Assembly: GCF_018977255.1 (NCBI RefSeq)
Contig: NW_024704743.1
Coordinates: 81,594,001-81,658,000 of the forward strand
Reading direction: 5' to 3'
DNA: 64,000 bases
DNA from: Callorhinchus milii
Taxonomy: Eukaryota
Made by a program: the position numbers and the translations under genes. Under the pieces are notes generated by a model. The model did not search any database. It had not been told where the DNA came from and saw only the letters and a list, made by a program, of their open reading frames with translations. This document shows positions 35,786 to 48,986 of this stretch, one piece after another; within the stretch, counting starts at the first letter, position 1; every line of letters starts with the position of its first letter.

Positions 35786-38084
35786 AGCCTGTGTGATTCC
35801 CATCTCAGCAGGTTTACACCCCCACTGGCAAACAGCCAGTATAACTAAGTAGTTATACCCTCCCCCCCCAACCCCACTACCCACACTTGTCAATACTGTA
35901 CCAGCACCATTTACGTCATGAGAGCCCAGAATAAGCCAGCATTTATCATCCAGCTGCCTAATCCTCCAGTAACTGCCTTCTCTCATGTGGTTTGTTCTTC
36001 CTTCACACTTGAAGCCTGAAATTCCAGCTAGTCTTATGTGTCCTAAAATATAACATGCTAAATTGCGGAAAATTCTTAACTTAATTCATAAATTGCGAAG
36101 CTAGTTTTCCAACATTCTTAAAGAACAAGTTCTAAATTAAGACTGACTTTTAGAATTTTGCTCAATCTTTGAATGGTTCTGCCGGCGAAAACTAGATGAA
36201 ATTTTGCGTCTCTTGTTGTGACATACTGTAGCGATGGTTTGTTATTTGTTATGTACTCTGGCTAATGCCATCCCTTGGAAGACCCTGGATTTGTTCATCA
36301 CAACGGATCTCGCGTGGCTGAGAGTAAGTGGCGGGGAAATCCATTGTTAGGAGTTCATTGACAAGCATGCTATTGAAATGCACCACTTATCTGGCAGTGT
36401 AAAACTTATTGTGTGAGTGCATGTCCACATTGCAGTGTTCGGCTTCAGATCAAAGTGCAGGGTCACAATCCTGCTGCAAAGCTTACTCACCGTGGCACCA
36501 GCACACATTCTCTGAAACAAACGGTTTTATTTATTACAATAAACCGACGCAAAGAAAAGGGATGTTGGCTATTTTCTATACAGATTTCTATCTAAAAGAT
36601 TTGTGCTCAAATAATATTGTTTTTCTTTCTCTTTCACTAGTTAGTTTAGTTTTTTTGATGAATAGTTTTTGATGAATAGTCCTGTGTTAGGATATTTAGA
36701 TCACTATGGAAACAGCACCTGGTCCATATTTGGTGCCTACAAATTTTTTTGCTGCACTTGGCCATAACTGTTGAGAACTTTGATGTGTTTTGCAATATTA
36801 AAATGTAGGTTCTTTATTGCTTTGTGCGCTAGCAAATTGCTGACAAATAGTCTTCAAAAGTGGAATTGTAAGAGATTTCTGGGTCCCAAATAAATATTAT
36901 ATAAGAGCTTCAGGTTTGCAATAATAAATCTGGGAGTAGGTTTTGGAGTTACAATGAAGTTACACAAAGTGGTCAGTGACCTGGAAATGTGGTTATAGCA
37001 GTAAGTTACATTATTATTGCAGATATCTTTGACTCAGTTAGTAGCCATGATTTTTCAAGATGGCGATAGTCAGGAGGCTGGGTTCACGAGGTGCTCGCAG
37101 ATATTGAGGTGCATGAGGCCGGCTGTGGGTCATCCAGACTCAAGCTGGGGCGTCGAGAGCCCTGGGGCTCGAGGTCGAGGTCTCCCGGGGCTGGGGAGCC
37201 TGGAGTGTAGTCGGAGACAGAGGCGACCTACCCGGGATCGGGGCCCGAGGCGCCCGGAGCAAGGCTGGGACTCGGCGCCTCATGCGGGACCTGTGGCTCA
37301 ACTTCCAGTGGCTCAACGTCCAGCAGCTCAACATCCAGCGGGACCTGGGACGCGGTTGGAGCCAGCGCCTGGGGTGGCTCAGTGGCGAGCGGGACCCGCG
37401 GTGAGGCTCACTCCAGGTCTGAGGACTTCCTGAAGAGAAGTTCAATGCCCCGAGCGGCGACAAGGCCCAGCGTGGGGCCTGAGGCCACCGTGCGGTGCAG
37501 AGGGACTCGCGAGGGACTCATCACCTCCGCTGATCCACACCAACAGTGCCCACGCCACCATCCCGGACTCTCTGAGGGCTCAGCCAGTTAGCAACCGGGT
37601 GCCACCTGACGTTATCCTGCCCGGCTTATATAAATCTCGAGGCCAGGACTCGAGTCCAGGACACTGGGAAGACATCACTGCCCCCATCTCCTCACTGAGC
37701 CTCACCAGCACAACGGGCTAACCATGGCTCGCTGAACACTCCTGTCCGCTCCGAGTCTCAGCCTGTGCACATTGGCTGCCTCAATTGACCCGAGCTGTTT
37801 CCCCAAGAAGTTACCGACCCTGTCCCCTTCCCTCCACTACTCCTGCTCAACCCTCCTCTCCCTCTGCCTGCCCCAACTCCTAACCCTCCTCGACTCCCCC
37901 ATGGCCTCCCTCTGCTCCTCCCTTCACATTCTTCATTATGCTCATCGTGGTGGACGCCATCGGCTGTCCTACAGCACCAACCCTGACTGCCCCTTCCCCT
38001 ACTCTCACCGCAAGGCCCACCAGCCCTCACCCAGGGGAGCCAACCTTTCCTCCCACACTCACATCTCCATCCAACCTATCTATT

Positions 38085-38409
38085 TGTGGAGTCCTGTAGC
38101 TCAGTGGTGAGTACTCGCTTTGCAAGTGAGAGACCTGAGTTCAATTCCAAGCAGGGCGAAACCTTGGGTAAGTTTCCTTACTCCATATGCCTAATAATAA
38201 TCCCTCCAAAACCAAAAACGATAATAAATTGGTCATTTTCAATCTACGACCGTTTGTGGGACATTGCTGTGCGCAATTGGCTGCCGCGTTTGCCCACAAA
38301 TATACAGTCAATTCAATTTACAGTGTGTTCTGTGAAGCACTTTGGGACATCCCCCCGACGTGAAAAGCGCTATATCAAATGCAAGGATTAATATTATTAT
38401 TATTATTAT
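38085..38409 (+). mobile_element. Young tRNA-Ala SINE inserted in L2
   Basis: Full head to (ATT)n tail; tatct on both flanks. Confidence 0.92.
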
Positions 38410-40405
38410 CTGCCCACCCCCTCCCCCACCTCATCTCCCCCACACTCCCACCACTAACTGTCCCCTCCGCATCGGTCTGCAGAATGTCTGCTCACTAACT
38501 AACAAGTCCCTTACAATCCATGACCTCACTGTCGAGGAAAATATCGACATTCTCGCCCTCACCGAAACCTGGGTCACCCCAGGCGACACCTTCCCACTAT
38601 TTGAGGCCACACCTCCAGGTTACACCTTTCACCAAACCCCACAGCCTAATCGCCGTGGCAGTGGTGTGGCACTCATCTCCCGGTCCCCCCTCGGCCTTTC
38701 CCCACACTCCTCCGGAACCTTCCCCTCCCTTGAACACCTTACCCTCTACCACCCCTCCAGGCTTTCCCTCAAAATCCTCCTTGTTTACCATTCCCCCAAG
38801 CCTTCCCCCACCTTCCTCTCGGATATCTCCGCCCTCCTATTTTCTCTTTCCCTCTGCTCTGAACGCCTCCTAATCTTAGGCGACTTCAACCTCCATTTCA
38901 CCCCTCCTGCTCTACCTCTGTCGACTTCTCTTCCCTCCTCTCTTCCCTTAACCTCTCCCTCCTCATCCACTTCCCCACCCATGACCATGGCCATCCCCTT
39001 GACCTGGTGATCACCCGGGGTCTCACCATCTCGGACATCACCATCATTGATAAAGCCATCTTGGACTACCACTTCATCTCCTTCAACGCCTCCGTATTCC
39101 TTCCCCTTTCTCAACCCTCCACCATTACATACCATTCGTGGAAAATAATTTCCTCCCTCTCCCTTTCCACTGCCCTGGAGTCATCTGAACTCCTACACCT
39201 CTGGCCCTCCCTGACCAATTTCCTCTCCTCACTCTCTTTTCTCCACAACTTCCTCTCCTCCATTCTAGACTCCCTTGCCCCCCTCACCTCACAAACTGCC
39301 TCATACTCCAGTACATTTCCCTGGTACACCAGCCATCTCTGTTCCCTCAAGGTACAAGTGTGAGCTGCCGAACATGCCTGGATCAAATCCAAACTACCGG
39401 TCCATCGGCTGATTTGGCTTAACTACACCAAGATCTACCGCTGCGCTCTTGCCTCTGCCAAATCCTCCTTCTACTCCCAGATTATCTTGGAAGCAAAGGA
39501 CAACCCAGGCTTCTCTTTTCCACCACAAACCGTCTCCTCCGTCCACCTTCCCATGCCTCACCCATCCTCTCCTCAAACTCCAACTGTGAGGAGAAGCTGG
39601 ACTCCCTCGAATCCAAAATCGAGGGGATACGTTCAGCCACCCCTGCTCCGTCCACCGCCACCCCCACTTCACCTCTCCCTCATGACCCACCTCCCACCCA
39701 TCCCCCCCTTTACTCCTTCGACCCTATCTCTCCCTCCTCCCTCACAGCGACTGTTCGCAAACTCAAACTCACCACCTGCTCCCTTGATCCCATCCCCACC
39801 TCTCTCCTCATCTCCCAGCTCCACCTTCTGGTCCCTCTCCTGTCCAACGTCATCAATCTCTCCTTGTCCATCGATTCAGTTCCCACCCCACTAAAAACAG
39901 CCATCATCAACCCCATCCTGAAAAAACTTTCCCTAGACTCATCCCTTCTCTCCAGTTACCGCCCCATCTCTAACCTCCCATTCCTCTCCAAGTCCTGGAA
40001 CGAGTCGTCGCGTCCCAGCTCTGCTCCTTTCTTTCTCGCCATTCCCTCTTTGAACCCCTCCAATTGGCTTCCGCGCTGCCCACAGCACGGAAGCAGCCCT
40101 GGTCAAAGCCACTAATGACATTCTGAACATCTGGGATCAAGGCTCCTTCTGCCTCCTTGTCCTCCTCAACCTCTCTGCCGCCTTCGACATTGTCGACCAC
40201 TCCATCCTCATACACCACCTCTCCACTAAATTTTCATGGACCTCCCCTTGCCTGGTTCGATTCCTATCTCTCTCACAGTTACCACTTTGTTGCCTCTAAC
40301 GGTTTCTCCTCCAGCCCCCGCACTGTCACGTCTGGCGTCCCCCAGGGCTCTGTCCTTGGCCCTCTCCTCTTTAATATCTACATGCTTCCCCTTGGTGACA
40401 TCATC

Positions 40406-40633
40406 TAATAATAATAATGCCTAATAATAATCCCTCCAAAACAAAACAATAATAAATTGGTCATTTTCAATCCATGACTGTTTGTGGGACACTGCTTTGT
40501 GCAATTGGCTGCCGTGTTTCGCCCACAAATATACAATCAATTCACTTTACAGTCTATTCTGTGAAGCACTTTGAGATGTTGAGAAGACTTGAAAACGCTA
40601 TATCAAATGCATGGATTATTATTATTATTATTA
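40406..40633 (+). mobile_element. 5'-truncated tRNA-Ala SINE inserted in the L2 RT region
   Basis: Splits gacatcatc|cgcagacatgggg (compare 19598-19620). Confidence 0.92.
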
Positions 40634-42369
40634 TCCGCAGACATGGGGTCAACTTACATATGTATGCGGATGACACCCAACTCTATCTTTCTGCCTCCAC
40701 CCTCAACTCCAGGACCACTGCTGTCCTGACAGACTGCCTGTTGGACATCAAGTCCTGGATGAGGGCAAACTTCCTACAGCTGAATGTGAACAAGACTGAG
40801 GCCCTCCTGATTGGCTCACGCCAGGGCCTCTATACCTCAGGCTCCGGCAACATCAACCTCCATGGTTGCACACTTCAACTCACCAAGCCAGTCAGGAACC
40901 AAGGTGTCTTGTTCCACCCTCAACTGTATTTTCTTCCCCACATTCAAACCATGACTCGCTCTGCCTTCCTTCACCTCCATAACATCGCCCGACTCCGCCA
41001 CTACCTCACCCCTCAGGCCACTGAAACTCTTGTTCATGCCTTCATCACCTCCAGGCTCGACTATGCAAATGCTCTGCTTGTTGTCCTTCCCAACTCCTCC
41101 CTCCACAGGCTGCAGATAATCCAGAACTCTGCAGCCTGTGTCTTCTCCCGCACCAAACTCCATGACCCCATCTCCCCTACTCTCGCCCAACTCCATTGGC
41201 TCCCTATGCTTCAGAGGATCCAGTTCAAGATCCTGGTCGTCACCTACAAAGCCTCCATGGCCTCGCCCCACCCTACCTCTGTGACCTCCTAAACCCCTAG
41301 CAACCTGCCCGCTCCCTCCGCTCAGCCAGCTCCGGCCTGCTCCACGTCCCCCGACCCACCCGCCCCACCATTGGCGGGAGAGCCTTCAGCCACTCTGCTC
41401 CCAACCTCTGGAATTCCATCCCCCAGTCACTCCGCCTCGCCCCCTCCTTAGCCTCCTTCAAGTCCTGCCTCAAAACCCTTCTCTTTGACCATGCCATTGG
41501 CCAGCCCCCTTCCCCTCCCCTCGCTTTTCCCCCACTGACCCCAGCTCGGGTCTGAAATGCTGTACACTGTCCATCGCCTTGGGAGATCCTCCCGAAATGA
41601 AAGGTGCTTTACAAATGTAACCTTGTTGTTGTTGTAGCACTCTTGCTTCTTGTGGGTTTAATGTAAAGCCTCTGACCTGAAGCTCTCTGTGCTCTTGATC
41701 ATCTTGGAAAACGGGAGATTTGATGATTTATAAATGGGATACTCGCCGCCCTGTAAAAAAAAGCTTCCAATTAAACTGAGGACCTACCTGGGCTGTATTA
41801 ATACATTTTCATAAATACCCATTGAGCCATCAGGAAAGTACAATGGAAAGTGGTCCATGCAATGCTGCAGTCTCCATCAACTACATAAACAATATGCAGC
41901 TTGGCTGGATATAGTTAGCTTAGCAGCTTGGTTACCTTGTCGACCTGCTAGCTCCACTATTCTGCAACCTACTGCTCCGCTCTCCTGTGTGCAATTCAGG
42001 GATGACTGACTGGCATCTCTTTCTGGTGGCCTTGTTGAAGGAAAAACTCGACAATTTTACCCTCACCTATGCCTTTGGCATTTCCAGATTCAACTGGTCA
42101 TCTCCCTCTCCCACTCCACTTTGCTTCATGTTCAATCTTGTCCCTGTAAAGTGCTCAGAGATATTACCCCGTGTGAAGGGCACTATATAAAAATTGCTGT
42201 CAAAAGCTCTATCTCTTTGAATGTGCCTTCAACCACCTCTTTCTCTCCACCCACAATGCCCACCTCCCGCCCCCCCCGCCCCATTCTCCCAGCTCGAGCT
42301 TCTACTCAATATGCTGTGTAATATACTTGACACATTCTCCCAGCATTTAGTGTTCCAGTTAATTTTCAA

Positions 42370-42760
42370 ATTTTCTCCTCACTGGCACTGGTCTGACCTC
42401 CTCATGCAGGGATTGTGGTTCCAGTGGCATTGATTGCCTCCTGGCTCCCTGCTCATGGCAATTATACATGTGTGAGCCTTGACAAGTGAGCGTCAGCAGG
42501 TCACTCAACGAGAGGGCATCAAAGCCACGACTGTCCTCTTTCCCATCTGGCTGCCAAGCATGCACACAACCAGTAGAGGGTATTGTAAAGGGACTAGGAG
42601 CAAGAATCCTGGCTGGTTTTCCCCTCATTAACCCTGAGAAGCGTGGAGCCAATTTAGCCTCCACATGCATCTCCAGTTGTGACCAGTAATCTCAGCACGG
42701 ATTGGGTTTCGAGCCAGAAAGATTCTGGTCTGTAAGCTGTAGCTCTATCCATTACACTGT
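42370..42760 (-). mobile_element. AmnSINE2-like SINE
   Basis: catgtgtgagccttgacaagtgagcgtcagcagg...aatcctggctggttttcccctc...ccaatt is the reverse of the 27048 family. Confidence 0.7.
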
Positions 42761-44064
42761 TGCACCTGCCCATTATATCTTTCTCATCTTAAATATCATT
42801 AAAATGTTATCTTCTCTACTAATTAATAAAATGCAAGCAGAACTTATACAGTACTTCTGATTTCCCCCCCATATTTTCTAGGGCTATCAAGTTCTCATAC
42901 ATTTCTGATCTCAACATCAAACTGTGCCTTGCCAAGTTGACTTGTTATCGTTACCAGGAGTGAAGTTGAAGATGGTAATGCAAAATCAAAAGTCCTGTTC
43001 ATAAATATTGTTTTTCATGAGGCTTGTCAGTGTCACTCACTGCCTCACAGACACCTTTCAATGGCGAGGGAGAGTTCAGCCTGCCTGTACATGCCAGCAA
43101 AGTCATTTTCATATCCCTCTACAGACCTTCCCTAAGTATCAAGGATGGGGTGGACTGGGGTGGGGGAAGGAAGGCAGCCAATATGGAAAATTCTGATTTT
43201 CAATCAATTTTGTATACAAGAACATATATAGTTGTTTCTCCCGCACTGATCATATTGTGAAATCCATGCCTTGCTGTTAATGGACGTGAATTCAACAAAA
43301 TCGCAGCTCAGGATATTGCAAACCTACCTCAGTTGAAATAGCTTTCTCCTCAGTATGAATTCAGCAACATAGCAGAACTGGCAGGAGTATTGCAATTTAA
43401 AAGTAATAAAAGATTGTGTAACTAGTAGAAACTCCCCCACCTGTGTTTTTAGCTCTTGTGAATCTGAAGTATAAATACATGATACATTTGGTGTATTTTG
43501 CACATTATAATCCTTGCTTTTCATAAACACTAAAACCCTGACTAGCTAGGCCAATGTGGGGGGGTGGTGGGGAGATCTGCTCCGGCAAATTGGAATTTTT
43601 GGCTAAGTGTAATTACAATGCCAGGTTGACTGTTGTGCCTATAGCATTGAAACGTCAAAATGCTTCATGGGTAATTGCCGGCATGGAGTGACAGTTTATT
43701 TGTAGGCAAACGTCATAAAATGCAAATCTCTATTTGATTTAAAGGGATTAAGTACAGAACCAACAGCCTCTAAAGCACCCCTCCATTTCCTTAGTGCTGC
43801 TTGACTTCTGCTCTCCCACTTCATCCCACGCTTTACTTCCCTGATAACTTAATATACCATTTGCTACGACATTCTCACAGTAACTGCCTCCCACTTTTGT
43901 CTCCCATGTGTCTGACTTTGATAGATTTCCCCCTCCCCCAAAACAGACATCAAAATCAAACAGTTATCGTTGTCTGTGTTTGACAATTTATAGCACATTC
44001 ACGTGGAATGTGATGAGTGAATTTTACACAGCTCTGCATCTCATTCCAAGACAATAGCAGTTCT

Positions 44065-44432
44065 GCAGCATAATATGTAGAGCATTCACCTCGCAAAAGA
44101 GAGGACCTGGGTTTGATTTCTGGCAGGATGAAACATTGGCTTTGGCAAGTTTCCTTACTACACAAGCCTTGGTTTACCTAATAGTAAGTCGGAACCTGGT
44201 TGTTAGTCAATTGGCGGATTGTTTTTCTGGGGTTAATAATCCCTTCAAAAATATAATAATAATTTGATCACTCAATCCATGACTGTTTGTGGGATACTCC
44301 TGTGCACCATTGGCTGCCACGTTTCACCCATGAATTATAATCAATTTACTTTACGTTATATTCTATGAAGCGTTTTGAGTTGTCTCAATGATGTGATAAG
44401 ACACTATATCAAATGCAAGGATTATTATTAAT
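44065..44432 (+). mobile_element. tRNA SINE, older CORE-like subtype
   Basis: ggcaagtttccttactacacaagccttggtttacctaatagtaag; tail caaatgcaaggattattatta. Confidence 0.85.
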
Positions 44433-45419
44433 AACAGTTAGGGCTGCAGGGAATTTTGAGAGATCCAGGATGAGAAGCAAAACATGATTTAGGATGATCT
44501 GTACAGGAGAACATGGAAGAGATTGAGAGTGAGGTGAAGATTAGGCAATGATAAACTCTGTCTTGGAAGAAAGAGCAATTGAGTTATAAATATAACAAGA
44601 CTCCACTGGGCCTACCACCACACAAGATGAAAGACATTGGAGTTGAAAGCCGGCCTCTGAGCAGGAAATCCCAAGGAAAATAAAATAAGATAATAGAGAA
44701 GCCTTCACTGAAGACACTCTTGTTTACAGATGAAAGGTTGTGTAGCTACAAAGAAGACCCAAACAGACTTCTAAAGCCATTGAGAAGGAAATCCAATTGA
44801 AAATAAAGGAGAGAGATAAGAGATAAGTGACAGAGGAACCTGAGCTGTGATTGTGGGTGGCACCTCTGTGACACTGAAAGCTTCATGGTGTTACTGATGC
44901 TCAAAGCGTGGGAAAATCCATGTTGGTGCAACAGGCGACATCTGGATCTGGGCTTAAAAAGAAAAACCTGTGATTTTTAAACTGTAAAGGAGACAGGAAG
45001 AAGACTGTCTGTAATACACTCATCAACTTAGATGGGCCCAGAACACAGGAGCAGCAACTGAAAATGATAAGGAAAAGTTATTGGAGAAGGAGGCAGTTTC
45101 AGAGGCAGAAGTGGCAGCAACATCTAGAATTCAGTGAGGGAAGAAATCCCCCAGGGCAAGCAGGAAATGGGCTTTCAGAAAATAAACAAAGATAGTGGGA
45201 AGCGAAAGAGAGAACGTGAATTGAGATGGAGAGCACCATATAGAACAAAAAGCAAATAATTATCAACAAGGTAAAATTAAGAAATTATTGGTGGTTGTTA
45301 ACAGAGACTAAGATTGAATTGTACAAAAAAGGATTATTCTATACAATGTATTAGGAGTTTAACAAGGATTCAGATTTGAAGCAAGTATAATATTGTATGA
45401 AAACAACCATTAAATAATA

Positions 45420-45847
45420 ATTCTAAAAATAATAATTCTTGCATTCAATAAAACATTTTATCATAATAGCCAAATGTCTCAAAGCACTTCACAATTTTAC
45501 CGTAGAATGTAGTGACTGTGTATTTTGTAGGGCAGCCAATTTGCACACAGCAACTTCTCACAAACAGCCAAGACATTAATTGAACCATTTTATCTGTGGG
45601 ATGGCCTGGATACTAGATTAAATTCCATTTACTTCTTGATTTGTTTAATGCGATATTTAAGATTCACCTGAACATAGCTTAGTTTGAACATCCCATCAGA
45701 AGAATGACACCTTTGACAGTGCAGCGCTCCCCCAGCACTACACTGGAGTATCAGCCTAGACTTGAAGCTCAAAGTCCCGATGTGGGGCTTGAACGTACAA
45801 ACTCCTGACTCAGAGGCGATAGTGCCACCATCTGAGCCAGGTTGATA
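45420..45847 (-). mobile_element. Deu-domain SINE
   Basis: ...ggggcttgaacgtacaaactcctgactcagaggcgatagtgccaccatctgagccagg. Confidence 0.8.
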
Positions 45848-46084
45848 TTAAAACTGTCTTTGTAATGAGAAGATCTGAAGGATAATCTAAAAGAGGAAGT
45901 TAAAAAATATTTGACTTGCTTAAGTTAGAGTGACAATAAAATGTTTCCAATTTGCTTCCATGATCCTGGACCAGGGTGGGTGGAAAAAATCAAGTCAGGC
46001 ATCTTGTTTGCAATTTCCATCCAATGACCTGTGCTGGAAAATATGCATTTCCTGAACATACATAATAATCCTTGCATTCGATCC

Positions 46085-46493
46085 ATTGAAACATATAAGA
46101 TCTTATTGAAACACATAAGATTCTTAAAGGGCTGGATAAAGTAGACACTGAGGGGTTGTTTCCCCTGGTAGCAGAATCTCTAACCAGGGGTCACTGTCTT
46201 AAAATTAAGGGTCAGCCTTTTAGAACAGAGTTGAGGAAACATTTCTTCACTCAGAGGGTAGTAAATTTATAGAATTCACTACCCCAGAAGGCTGTAGATT
46301 CTCAGAACTTGAACATCTTCAAGGCTGAGACTGATAGATTTTTTTAAAAATTGAGGGATTAGGGGATATGAGGATAGAGCAGGTAATTAGAGTTAGGTTT
46401 GAAGATCAGCCATGATCTTATCGAATGGCGGGGCAGGCTCGAGGGGCCGAATAGCCTACTCCTGCTCCTAATTCTTATGTTCTTGTGTTCTTA
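46085..46493 (+). mobile_element. CR1 3' fragment inserted into an antisense SINE tail
   Basis: Matches 9410-9780; tail ttcttatgttcttgtgttcttat. Confidence 0.9.
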
Positions 46494-47309
46494 TCACATT
46501 GTTCAAAATGCTTAACAGGATTTGACTGAAATTTAGTGACTGTGTATTTTTAGGCATTCAGTTAAAAAAAGGATCAGATTCAGTTCTGCACCCCGCCCCC
46601 CCCCGCCCACCACCTCCAACAGTGAGTACCCTGTGGAGAATGTGAAGATTCAGGCGTGAAGAGTGAATGCTTGGATCAGCAACCAGAGGGAGGATGGTGT
46701 TTATAAAACTGTTCACCAAGATAAGTCACTGCCTTCAGGAGAAGATGTTGTTTGAAAGGATATTACTGTATTTCTTAAGAAAGTGAGAACAAGTTGATCC
46801 AATAAATATATTCAAATTGCTGATTCAGGTACTACAGAGAATTGAAGGACAAAAAGCCCTTTATTAGGTCTGTCATTTTGACCACTGCCAAGCAGAAAAG
46901 AGCAATTTTGTTTGCTCTGTTTGCTTGATTTGTTGCTATTAATGCCATATGACATTTTCTGGAGTATGTTTAACTTATCAGTATTGTACATGTTTATCAT
47001 AAACTAAACATCATAAGTATGTTTTTCACTTTCTGATATTTTGAATTCCTTAAACCTTTGGACTAGGATTTATTTTGGCTCAGATGAACTCAAAACATTT
47101 ACTGTTGCTTGATTTGGATATCAAACAATTTAATAATTTAATAATCTAATAAGAATGCTTAAACCTTCTTAGTGCATTAAAGATCAATATTATTCATTTT
47201 TAGTATTGCTGCCAGTTCCATTTCCATTGCTGAATTGATGGCTGCAGATCCTATGGGTTTGTCTGCTGTCTGCTGTGAAACTTGCTGTATATATTGAGCA
47301 TGGAAGTTA

Positions 47310-48125
47310 CATTTGCAAATGACACCAAGTTTGAGGTACTGTGGAATTAGAGGAGGCAGCAAAGGTTTTACAAAGAGAGCTTGGTAGGGTATGAACATGA
47401 ACTGATAATTGGCAAATTAAATTCAATACAAATAAACACGAAATATTACATATAGGATCCAAGAATAGAAAAGAAGTGTATTCCATGGATGGTATCGAAC
47501 TTACCAAAAGGGAAGCTGAAAGAGATCTGGGGGTGTTCGTTCACTCATTACTCACCATGTCAAAACAATGTGAAGCAGAATAAACTGGGCAAGTTGAGTT
47601 CAGATCCCAGACATCATACTCAAGCTAAATAATGTTCTCATCAGACTGCACCAAGAGAACTGCGTACAATTTTGGTCGCTGCAATATAGGGAGGCTGCCA
47701 TGGCCCCAGTGGCAGTGCAGAGGAGAGCAATGAGGGTGACCCCCAGTGTTAGTGAAATGAGTTACGAGGAACAATTAAGCAAGCTCAGGCTCTTCAATCT
47801 TGAGAGAAGATGTCTCAGAAGGCATCTTGCAGAGGTATACAAACTCTTAAATGGGACTAGAAAATAAACCCAGAGCACTAATATTTGGATTCACTAAGGC
47901 AGCAGAAGAAAAGGACACACATTTAGAGTAGCAAACAGCAATTTCAGGACAGCCACGAGGAATTATTTCTTGACAAAGTGTGTATTTAACTGCAGGAACA
48001 GGATACCAGGAAGGCTGGTTAAGTTCAGAACGTTGGACTCATTAAAAAACACACATGTTGTAGTGACTAGTCGGTAGAGTGGGTGTCCTGGAAGGATGAG
48101 ATCAAATGGGCAAAATGGTCTTTTT
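47310..48125 (+). mobile_element. Old CR1 fragment
   Basis: tttgcaaatgacaccaag (FANDTK), gagatctgggggtg, tgcgtacaattttggtc. Confidence 0.75.
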
Positions 48126-48258
48126 ATGTGAATCTATTTTGTGAGTTGCAGTAGTGTGAATGGTGCTGGAATTAGCTCCTGACAGAACAAAGGAGAGGTT
48201 GTTTTACCTCCAACACAGCATATTGGAAATTGACGATCAGTCTGCTCCCCACTATATC

Positions 48259-48986
48259 AACAACAACAACAACAACAAGATTCCATTTATAAAGCGCCTT
48301 TCACGTCAGGAGGACGTCCCAAGGCGCTGCACAGTTGGGTCATGACCCGAGCAGGGGGGAAATGGTCAGGGGAGGGGAGGGAAGGGAGGGAGCGAGGAGG
48401 GGGAAATGGTCAGGGTGAGGGGAGGGAAGGGAGGGAGCGAGGAGGGGGAAGAGAGTCGAGAGGGGAGCTGAAGGCACGGTCAAAGAGAAAGGTTTTGAGA
48501 CCGGCCTTGAAGGAGGAAAGGGAGGAGGCAAGGCGAAGGCACTGGGGGATGGAGTTCCAGAGCCTCGGGGCTGAGAGGCTGAAGGCCCGACCACCGATGG
48601 TAGGGCGGTTGGGGCGGGGGACATGGAGCAGACCGGAGCCAGAGGAACGGAGGGTACGGGCAGGTAGGTAGGGGGATAGTAGGTTGGAGAGGTAGGAGGA
48701 AGCAAGGCCGTGAATGGCCTTGTAGGTGAGGATGAGGATCTTGAAATCAATCCTCTGGGGGATGGGGAGCCAGTGGAGGCGAGCGAGGGTGGGAGTGATG
48801 TGGTCGCGAAGCCTGGTGCGGGACAGTACACGAGCTGCAGAGTTCTGAATGACCTGCAGCTTGTGGAGGGAGGTGGCGGGAAGGCCGGCGAGGAGAGAGT
48901 TCCCATAGTCCAGCCTTGAGGTGACAAAGGCGTGGACCAGGGTTTCAGCAGCGTGAGGGGTGAGGTAATGCCGTAGTCTGGCGATG
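48259..48986 (-). mobile_element. Young L2 3' fragment
   Basis: Protein nearly identical to the C-terminus of the 16967 L2; TATATC TSD at 48253-58 and 48987-92. Confidence 0.95.

Larger units (their letters stand above)
37046..41633 (+). mobile_element. Older full-length L2 LINE with ~720-nt GC-rich 5' leader and two SINE insertions
   Basis: GTAGC TSD at 37041-45 and 41634-38, splitting a Deu-SINE tRNA head; EN and RT motifs ([37 protein letters not shown]); multiple stops and frameshifts. Confidence 0.93.

Noticed and set aside
43310..43335. let-7-like TGAGGTAG on the minus strand
   Set aside because: Only the first 8 nt match; no mature sequence or hairpin.
44600..45300. Purine-rich stretch resembling decayed gag/ORF1 coiled-coil
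   Set aside because: No open frame or diagnostic motif; cannot be supported.
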